Shown here piece after piece: positions 55,895-64,000 of a stretch of 64,000 nucleotides of DNA (the first letter of the stretch is position 1; each line of letters begins with the position of its first letter). The stretch covers positions 27,136-91,135 of IMG/VR virus record IMGVR_UViG_3300027861_000017; one strand, written 5' to 3'. This DNA comes from a virus. Below the pieces are notes generated by a model. The model made no database searches, was not told where the DNA came from, and saw only the letters and a program-made list of their open reading frames with translations. The position numbers were made by a program, and so were the translations under genes.

Positions 55895-56245
55895 TTACTC
55901 TCTTTCTTCTTTTTTGACACTTTTACCCTCCCTAAGTGTAAATTCCAGTTCAGCTAAAATATTCCAAGCTTCATGAGCCTTATGTAGTAGTTTCGAATCT
56001 TTGTCATAGTCACACAAATGTCCCTTTAGTAGGTGTCTCCATTTCGCATCCCTATACCGTCTCTTACCATCTTTAACTTCCTCCCACCCATTCCTACTAT
56101 ATTTTTTAGCACCAAATGTACCAACTTCAGCCACAGCCAGCAAAGCTAATCCAAAGCCCTCTAATAGCGAGGCCATAACCTTGCCATTATCTAGTTTAGC
56201 TCCAGGTGTATGGGAATCTATACCGTTAGGGTCTTTCTCTGTCAT
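55895..56245 (-). CDS. dATP/dGTP diphosphohydrolase (DUF5664-like)
   Basis: GAKLDNGK, VAEVGTFGAKKY..NGW, RY.DA..RH, LLHKAH.AWN.LA. Confidence 0.85.
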   Translation of the reverse strand: MTEKDPNGIDSHTPGAKLDNGKVMASLLEGFGLALLAVAEVGTFGAKKYSRNGWEEVKDGKRRYRDAKWRHLLKGHLCDYDKDSKLLHKAHEAWNILAELEFTLREGKSVKKEERE

Positions 56246-57489
56246 CCACTTCCTCCAGCCAGTTGCATTGTTTAGGTTTTCTCCATTTGTACGCATTTAT
56301 AAATAAATCATCTAGACTATATTTATCACATGGATCACTATTATGACTAGGATTATAACCCTTAGATTCTACAGGGCACATTATCTTGGACATATAGTTT
56401 TTACATGTTCCACATATGGGTGGATATTTATTATCTTGTTTCATATTAATGTTTCGTTTTATCTTGGTTATTAATTTCTTCCATATTGTGAGTAACTTCA
56501 CTCATTAGATCTAATAAAGCATCTTGATTCCCTGCTATTAGTGATCTAGATAATAATACCACAAAATCATGCAGAAAGCCATAGAAGGTTTCATTTTTAA
56601 TTAGGTGTGGCAGAGCCTCCATCATTTCTTCTTTTTTTATGGACTCTTCTTGTGGATTATTCATGTTTTTCTCCCATGTTTTTCTTGTTGTTATCGTATT
56701 CTATTTTCATCCTTAAAATCTTTTTATCCCAATATATTCTAAACGCAAAATCCCACCATGGTCTATAATAACAAAATGTAATTGCTGAGAATGAGGCACA
56801 TATTATGTCAATCCAAGACGACACCCAATGGCCAAACCATATTAAAATCCTTATCTTTCTATTCACACCTTCTCCCCCATCTTCTTTGCAGATTTATATT
56901 TTTCCGGTAACTCTTTCTTTTTCTCTCCAGGACCAGTCTCATATCCGATAAATTTTTCAAACATGCATTCTAGATTATCGGTTATATTTTTTTGTTGTTG
57001 AGCGACATTTAATAAAGTCAGTGAGGACGCAGTTATATCACCTAATATAATTTGATATTGCATATTTGTGTCTTTTCTACCTTCCGCATATCCTATAAAA
57101 GCAGCGCAAGCTGTTGATATTAAAGCAAAAAATACAATTACGCCTGATAGTTTACTCATCACACACCCCCCTATACAATTTCGCTGTGTTAGCTAACCTT
57201 TTGATATAATTACGCATCTTCCCTTTAAATCCACAAGCCCAACAATAAGACCCGTCATAATCGTAATAACCACAAGCTGGACATTTATAACCTCCCATAT
57301 TATTCCTCCTTTCTAGGCAACAACACTAACTTGCAATATGGAGGACATCTATACATTGCGCCAGTGCTCTTAGCTTGCCATTCTATATTTATTTTAGTCC
57401 AAATTTCGTCCCCAGTATCTTGTTTTGCCATAGTTCCTATTGGATAACTAGACCAAGATTCCTTTGACATTTTTATCCACTCTCTCATA

Positions 57490-57921
57490 TCACCTTCCCT
57501 TAAATGCTCTATCATACAATACTACATTAACCGTAGCAGCGAGATTCATGCATCTCTCTGTAGGTATATATATCACATCCCTGCAAAATGATAAAGTCTT
57601 TTCTCCTAAAGTGGAATCCTCTGGCCCAAATATATAAAAAGCTCTTTCAGGATGCACATAATCATATAACGGAACAGCTCCTTCTATAATATCTACAGCT
57701 ACCGGTACACAATCGTAAGGTATAACACTTCTTAGATCATCTACCTGGAGGAGAGGACAGTGCCTATACTGTTTCATAGTGTCAGTTGATACCTTCTTAT
57801 ACCTTCCGCCACTTATGGCCAGCATAGCGGCCTTGTAGACCCCCACAGCACGTAATGCAGATCCTATGTTGGAATTATATTTAGGATGGTTAAGCCCTAT
57901 GCAAGCGTATCCCTTACTCAC
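57490..57921 (-). CDS. SpoU/TrmH-family RNA methyltransferase
   Basis: PK..SNIGSALRA, YIFGPED, IYIP..CMNLAATVNVVLYDR. Confidence 0.9.
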   Translation of the reverse strand: MSKGYACIGLNHPKYNSNIGSALRAVGVYKAAMLAISGGRYKKVSTDTMKQYRHCPLLQVDDLRSVIPYDCVPVAVDIIEGAVPLYDYVHPERAFYIFGPEDSTLGEKTLSFCRDVIYIPTERCMNLAATVNVVLYDRAFKGR

Positions 57922-58865
57922 TATTTTTCATCCTTTATTATTAATAGTAAAATCTCTGTAAATATTCTACCAAGAAAACCACCACCTATAATCCACCACC
58001 AGGATTTAGGATCTAATCCCCATCCATGAATAAGAACAACTACACCCAAGATAAAAGATACCACCATTATTGAAAATACTGCTATTAATTTACTCATTTT
58101 ATTCTATAATCCTCCCATCTTTCTTATAAACCTTCTTTTTTTGCCATTTTGCGCCCTTCCAACTCTTCTTTTGAGTCTCATCTACCGGTTCAGGCTCACT
58201 TTCTCCCTCAAAATACCCTTCACTTACGTGATTATAGATGTATTTTCGTTTCCCATTGACTTTTAGTAGTCTAGACCAGCTAGTATAGACTTCAGCATCA
58301 CAGATACACTCTTTTCTGGAGCATTTACGACAATTCCAGCGCATTTTATCGTAAGTGTCTAGAAAATCCTTGTTCATTGTCTTCTGTCCTGGGCTATATA
58401 AGTTTTTAGTCACCGATCAAACCCTCCGAGTCAACATCAATCTTTACTAAATTAATATTTTCGTCATATACACTTATATCCCAAAAATAATTAACATTAA
58501 TATATTTGCCGTTTAAATTTTTATCTAATAATATAAACTCATCGTAATCTATAGCGTAAATATCGCAATCAGGATATGTTGTTTTAAAATGGACAATAGC
58601 ATCAGATTGATTACCACACCCACAAAATACACCTAATAAAATAAATATTAATATTATATTTTTAATCATCATTCTCCTCCATATCCTTAAATTCTGCGTC
58701 ATAAGGCACATATTTTTCACTTCTTATTACGGTTTTAGTCCCTTCTATACCAAATCTTGTGTATAACCACCCTCTAGGCACTCTAGTAGCAGAAAAATTA
58801 AAACTTATACCTGTGGATTCGTGTAATTTTAGATCGTATATGTTTTTAGTCATGTTTTATCTCCT

Positions 58866-59222
58866 TCAATAAAATGAACATGTTTCTTGAGTTGCGCCAG
58901 CACTTATACCCCAATCATTAACATTATTTTCTAGATGCTCTACTAGAACATCCACATCAATAACACCATCCCTAATAAGTGTTATTATGTAATTAAAGAC
59001 AGCTATACTCGATTCTACTAAGTGTTGCTGTTTAGCCATTAAACTACTGGAAGGGCCAGGATGACATAGGAGATAATCTTTATTATTGTGCTTATTAATA
59101 ATAGTGATTCCAATGTCTCTGTCACAACCTACAACTATGCCAATTTTATTGTGCGCTTTGTATTTATTGTTAATATCTACAAATTTAACTTCTCCACCCT
59201 CTAATACTGAATAATCTACCAT
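58866..59222 (-). CDS. Hypothetical protein, tandem paralog 3 of 3
   Basis: VVGCDRDIGITI, DYLLC.PGPS, C-terminal CSF. Confidence 0.7.
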   Translation of the reverse strand: MVDYSVLEGGEVKFVDINNKYKAHNKIGIVVGCDRDIGITIINKHNNKDYLLCHPGPSSSLMAKQQHLVESSIAVFNYIITLIRDGVIDVDVLVEHLENNVNDWGISAGATQETCSFY

Positions 59223-59234
59223 ATCTATCTCCTT

Positions 59235-59576
59235 TTATTTATTAAACGCACATGTGTGAGACCCTACATCTGATCCAGTCTCCTGATTATATTTTCTACA
59301 TATCTCCTCTATTATGCCCATATCGAGAAATCCCTCCTTAAACATAGCTATAATATTCTCGAATTCCTCATTATAATGTTTATAATCTAAATCATTGTCT
59401 TTATAATATTCTGGCATCGCAGACGGACCTCTTAGGCAATATAAATAATCGTCTCTATTTTTATTTTCAACTATAGTAACACCTATGTCGAAATCACAAC
59501 CAACTACATACCCGTCAGTATTTATATTCTGTTCTAGATCTATATACCTAATTACCTTTCCCTCTAACTCTTCCAT
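59235..59576 (-). CDS. Hypothetical protein, tandem paralog 2 of 3
   Basis: VVGCDFDIGVTIV, DDYLYCLRGPSA, CAFNK. Confidence 0.7.
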   Translation of the reverse strand: MEELEGKVIRYIDLEQNINTDGYVVGCDFDIGVTIVENKNRDDYLYCLRGPSAMPEYYKDNDLDYKHYNEEFENIIAMFKEGFLDMGIIEEICRKYNQETGSDVGSHTCAFNK

Positions 59577-59590
59577 AATGATTTCTCCTT

Positions 59591-59926
59591 TTATTTATTA
59601 AATGCGCAACCTTCCGGACTTGCGATACCAGGCTCTTTAGTACCATATTTCATATCTATTTCATGATCTATATTTACATCAATAAAACCTTTTTTAAACA
59701 TCGCTATAAGGTTTTCGAATGTTTCATTATAATACGCACGATCAACATTACTTCTGTAAATCTCAGGATTCGCAGATGGACCGACAAGACAATATAAATA
59801 ATCGTCTTTATCTTCAGTATTAACTATTGTGACACCGATATCATAGTCACACCCTACTACAAGTCCACTAAACATAACTTTACCATCTTTAATAATTTTT
59901 ACTACCTTACCTTCGTATTGTTCCAT
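59591..59926 (-). CDS. Hypothetical protein, tandem paralog 1 of 3
   Basis: VVGCDYDIGVTIV, DDYLYCLVGPSA, CAFNK. Confidence 0.7.
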   Translation of the reverse strand: MEQYEGKVVKIIKDGKVMFSGLVVGCDYDIGVTIVNTEDKDDYLYCLVGPSANPEIYRSNVDRAYYNETFENLIAMFKKGFIDVNIDHEIDMKYGTKEPGIASPEGCAFNK

Positions 59927-59980
59927 TTTTCTCCTCCCATATCTCCTGTTGATGTTATGTCAATTACCATATTATATTCT

Positions 59981-60031
59981 CTCCTCCAATATAATAAAAA
60001 CATTCTCCCATTATACCCTATACACTGTCAA
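59981..60031 (-). promoter_or_regulatory. Repeated promoter/leader cassette
   Basis: TTGACA-18-GAGAAT-GTTTTTATTATATTGGAGGAG. Confidence 0.75.
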
Positions 60032-61502
60032 GAACTATCTCATACTCCTACAATAATAAATTGTTTCACGGTCCAAGGAGTCCGGTTTTAATATTGTGCT
60101 CATTTAAATCTTTTCTTTAAGCGTATATAAAATGGTGGTATATATCCTCCATCATTCTTCCCTCTTATGTGCCAAGCCAACTTGTCATGGTCAAAGAAAT
60201 CTAGAACACCCTCATTACCGGGAAAAATTTCTTTATACTCTAATATATTCATCCCCCAACACATTTTATCTTCTCTGACCACATCGCTGTCAATATATAC
60301 AATATCTCCCCTTCTATATTCTCCATGTCTATATTCTGGGTGATTGTCGTAATCTTCTTCTTCACACTCTATAAAGTGTCCCCTCAAATTCCTCATAGAT
60401 ATCCCAGATTTTTTTAATTCTTCTCCTGTTCTTATAGTCTCCCCAAAAGAATAACCTTCACAGTTAAAAAATATACTGAACGATACACAATTATCTACAC
60501 TATTTAATTTTAATTCGTCATGTAGCCTTTTTATGGCTTCATGTATACTCATATCATTCCTCCAATATTTTAGTCTTACCAAATGATTCCAATAGAGATA
60601 AAGCTCCATTCTTAATATCATAATATGCTATATTATTTATTTCTTGTATAGATAAATATGGTAAACCATCGCCATTGGGTTTATATCTAGCTATATCATA
60701 AACAAAACCCATTAATAATCTATATCTTTCGTTTTTATCCGTTACTTTCATTTATTCCTCCGATATAATATAATCAAAATCATTACCCACTACTTCATAA
60801 AGACACTCAAACGGTATTCTATCAGATAACACTCTTTGAGCCTCATTGAATATAGTGTTACAAGTTAAACACATCTTATAACTACATATATCTCCATCCC
60901 ATTTACCGTCTATACGCCAATATTGCTCCCCTTTATCTATCTGGGAGTTACATTCGCCGCATTTATGCTCCTTTCTGGCTATTGGCATTGATTCCGTGTA
61001 GAATTCTGGCCATGCAGCATTTCCTAGTGTACACATATTATTCCTCCACCAACTGTTCACTATATACCCATTCCCACTCATCTATAGGATACTTTAACAG
61101 AGCTTCCTCAAGAGTTAAAGAAATATCGCAACAATCTTCCTTAAAAACCCAATTTGTGTACCAATATCCTTGATTCTTAAAGGCTCTACATGTGAATTTT
61201 ATTTCTTTTTTGATCATAGTGCTATTCCTCCAATCCTATTATATTATCTACTAAATCACTACAACCACAATCATAAAGCCTAAATATTATATGAGCCTGT
61301 TCTGGGGTTATTTTTCTGCAATGCCTATAATAAGGGTGATGGTTTAGACCGTCTTCAACTCTGTAAAAGTTTCCTATTTTGTCTTCGCCCATTTCTTTTA
61401 GAAATCCAATATACCAAGGATCATTAAGATCTCCGTCTGACCATCTACTAACAAACACGTAATCCCCTAGTTTGATGCCGCTCTCTTCTCGCATAAAATT
61501 AC

Positions 61503-61552
61503 CTCCTCCAATATAATAAAAACATTCTCCCATAAGGAGATAATGATGTCAA
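61503..61552 (-). promoter_or_regulatory. Repeated promoter/leader cassette
   Basis: TTGACA-17-GAGAAT-GTTTTTATTATATTGGAGGAG. Confidence 0.78.
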
Positions 61553-62188
61553 GGACTAATATAGAAATAAGGCACTAACATTATATACCCAAGCATTATC
61601 AATCCAACAATAAGACAATACAGGGACTTTACTGTTAGATCAACAATATAAGGCATTATATAAAGAGAATGTGTGCCCAAGAGCACTATTATAACCCATA
61701 TTACTATTCCTATCTCATCCAAAAGTTTTATTACCTTTTGAATATCTTCTTTTTAATAAATATTTTACTGTTTCCAAATGAAAAGAACTATATATAATGC
61801 CTAAGCTTAAAACACCTATTATACCATCTAATATTTGCATCCACGAACTTAACCAACGATGGAAACTTTTATCTCTTGGTGTTATGGTTATTATTTTATC
61901 CATATTATTCCTCCAATAATTAATCTACCATCTTGCCCTAAACCAATCTAGTATATCCTCTCCATATATAAGCATAAGTGTCGTTTCTAATATATCACCT
62001 TCGCAACCCCTTAGAAAGTCAGACGTGTATTCTTGGGTCAATTTTTCTGCATAATACTCACATACATCTACTAATTTATACATTCTTGGTTCTGAAAAAG
62101 GCAATACTTTGGGCATTTTAATCATCTCATTGCGTCTTTCTAATTCTCTCAGCAAATCTTGTGTCGTTAGGTCTTCTAATTTCATTTT

Positions 62189-62239
62189 CTCCTCCAATAT
62201 AATATAAAACATTATCCCATTAGTGGGAGATAGTGTCAA
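62189..62239 (-). promoter_or_regulatory. Repeated promoter/leader cassette
   Basis: TTGACA-17-GATAAT-GTTTTATATTATATTGGAGGAG. Confidence 0.78.
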
Positions 62240-62431
62240 GGATTATTATAGCATTTCTCTCTCTAACGACTTAGATAATACATGAGAAGACCTAACCAAT
62301 TCTAATACCTCTATCACTTCTGATAATGCCAAGTTTAAGTCTTCGCATGATTCTAAAAAATATACGAATTTATTCAACTCTTCTTTAGGTAATTCGTCTA
62401 TTTGATGCATAATGTTTTTTTTAATTGGTTC

Positions 62432-62470
62432 CATATTAAAATCCTATCCCTATCTCTAATTTAGGCCTAT
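62432..62470. repeat. 39-bp perfect direct repeat, copy 1
   Basis: catattaaaatcctatccctatctctaatttaggcctat, also at 63523..63561. Confidence 0.9.
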
Positions 62471-62471
62471 A

Positions 62472-63233
62472 TCATTCTTCCATCTCATAGACTATTTTAG
62501 CATTAGTTCCAGAATGTAATCTCCATTTTTCACCATCGAAGCTGGGAACTAAATCGCGTTCCCAAAGATTTATACAACACTGGAAGGGATTTTCTCCCTC
62601 TTCATGATCAATGCTTTGCCATTTGTTTAATTGAAAAAATGATGACACATAAGCCCCAACACTATCCCTAACACTATCCCTAACACTATCCCTAACACTA
62701 TCCCTAACACTATCCCCAACACTATCCCCAACACTATACCAAACACTATACCCAACACTATACCTAATACTCTCCCCAACACTATACCCAATACTCTTCT
62801 TAACACTATTCCAAATATTATTCCAAACACTATTCCAAACACTATACCCAACACTATACCTAACACTAGCCCATTGCTTTAGGTTTTTAATATCTTTTTT
62901 AGAAACTTTATATCGTGTTTTATTGAAGGGATTATGGATTTCTTTAATGATTAACTGAGGTACGATCTTAGAAAAATCCAGCTTTTTAACCTTCCTTTCG
63001 ACTCTGATTGAATCATCTTTATTGTTAAGCATATCAACTGCAAACCTTTCTGTGATAGGATTATATTCGTATTTATTGCATTTATCTTCCCTTAATTTAT
63101 AATAATCACAGATACTTGCATGGGAATCATGCTCATAAGATAATTCTCCATCAATTATCCTTTTCCTAATATCCCAATCAAAATACCAAATATTCCCTTT
63201 CCCATTACTCACACAACTAAAAAAATCACACAT
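62472..63233 (-). CDS. Phage protein with SV[GRW][DYN] tetrapeptide repeats
   Basis: 12-bp tandem repeats at 62654..62867 flanked by globular sequence. Confidence 0.75.
   Translation of the reverse strand: MCDFFSCVSNGKGNIWYFDWDIRKRIIDGELSYEHDSHASICDYYKLREDKCNKYEYNPITERFAVDMLNNKDDSIRVERKVKKLDFSKIVPQLIIKEIHNPFNKTRYKVSKKDIKNLKQWASVRYSVGYSVWNSVWNNIWNSVKKSIGYSVGESIRYSVGYSVWYSVGDSVGDSVRDSVRDSVRDSVRDSVGAYVSSFFQLNKWQSIDHEEGENPFQCCINLWERDLVPSFDGEKWRLHSGTNAKIVYEMEE
62654..62867. repeat. 12-bp coding tandem repeat (about 18 units)
   Basis: aacactatccct/aacactataccc units. Confidence 0.9.
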
Positions 63234-63240
63234 TTTGTTT

Positions 63241-63294
63241 CTCCTTCAATAATTAATTTTTACCCATTATCCTATTATAGGTATTAGATGTCAA
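63241..63294 (-). promoter_or_regulatory. Sigma70-type promoter
   Basis: TTGACA-17-GATAAT, leader ending GAAGGAG. Confidence 0.65.
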
Positions 63295-63522
63295 GGACTA
63301 TTCTTTCCCCCACCTAATGTAGTCATCCATCAACTCACTAATAGTTTCCAAACTCAATCTATGGTAGTCGTACATTGTTAAATGATATAAATAAGTATTA
63401 GATGACGGATCAACTCCATTTTGTTTTAATTCATACATTGTGTCCCTATGGTAAATTGTTTCGGCTTTATGCTCCAATCTAATAGCGTCCATTTTATGTT
63501 CAGCAAATTTTCTAATGTCAGT

Positions 63523-63561
63523 CATATTAAAATCCTATCCCTATCTCTAATTTAGGCCTAT
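63523..63561. repeat. 39-bp perfect direct repeat, copy 2
   Basis: Identical to 62432..62470. Confidence 0.9.
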
Positions 63562-63867
63562 GTATCTTGTTGCTAATTTTACGTGCCACTTTATATGTTG
63601 TTTGGCGTTCACCGTAAGGATTCTCTCCAAGGAGTAGGCTGGCGTATGTTTCTTTGATATCGCTTTTGGGGCTTTCGTGGGCTTCTCCTGGTTGCGTTTC
63701 GATATATTTCTCTATCGAGCCTTCAAATGTGAAATCTTTGATGATTTCATCCCAAACTGCTATGTCTCCGTTTTTCCTAAGAATTATTTGTCTTTCCATT
63801 TTGATTCTCCTTTTTGTTATTTCACCTTAAAATTGATTCAAAGCCTATCTCTGCTTTGTTTTAGCGT

Positions 63868-63896
63868 ATTATTACATTTAGACAATAGCGTGTCAA
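63868..63896 (-). promoter_or_regulatory. Sigma70-type promoter
   Basis: TTGACA-17-AATAAT with TGn extension. Confidence 0.55.
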
Positions 63897-64000
63897 GGAT
63901 TATTTTTAAACCACAAATGTATTCTATTTTTCAAATATATATTTTCAATAAAGTGGATTTACCCCAGTATGGTTTATAAACGCCGGAGCGTGAGAAATCC

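Noticed and set aside
62627-62866. 79-aa GIVL-repeat hydrophobic ORF
   Set aside because: Alternative frame of the 12-bp repeat inside 62472..63233; no RBS
62654-62867. CRISPR array
   Set aside because: Tandem 12-bp units without spacers; no CRISPR array or cas gene was seen anywhere in the window
325-63979. All + strand ORFs in the track
   Set aside because: They are antisense shadows of tightly coupled - strand genes, with no recognisable motifs
1-64000. Genome-wide stop-codon reassignment
   Set aside because: TGA, TAG and TAA all terminate intact conserved genes; only one in-frame TGA was found

Overview
The window is part of a large, AT-rich tailed-phage (Caudoviricetes) genome. Essentially all real genes lie on the - strand and are tightly packed, with roughly 170 mostly small ORFs. 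The core genes resemble a lambdoid/HK97-like cos phage: replication protein O with internal iterons, RuvC-like resolvase, HNH, DnaB, SSB, ParB-like protein, P27-type TerS and TerL. They are spread over about 43 kb by inserted accessory ORFs. Also present are nucleotide-metabolism genes, tRNA-processing enzymes (CCA-adding/HD, SpoU methyltransferase, nucleotidyltransferase), two nonulosonic-acid pathway-like genes, four near-normal tRNAs and a repeated sigma70-type promoter/leader cassette. Features missed by the ORF track are the most interesting. (1) A 124-codon gene has an in-frame TGA at a Cys-like position followed by a SECIS-like hairpin, a candidate phage selenoprotein. (2) A circularly permuted, Y-RNA(YrlA)-like tRNA mimic and a hexamer-repeat RNA lie directly behind a 250-aa helical protein. 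(3) Several other tRNA mimics have expanded or deleted anticodon arms. (4) About 11 otherwise dissimilar proteins share a C-terminal amphipathic helix tag. (5) A radical SAM enzyme is paired with a CGSGGC-repeat peptide. All family assignments come from motif recognition by eye; no database searches were run.
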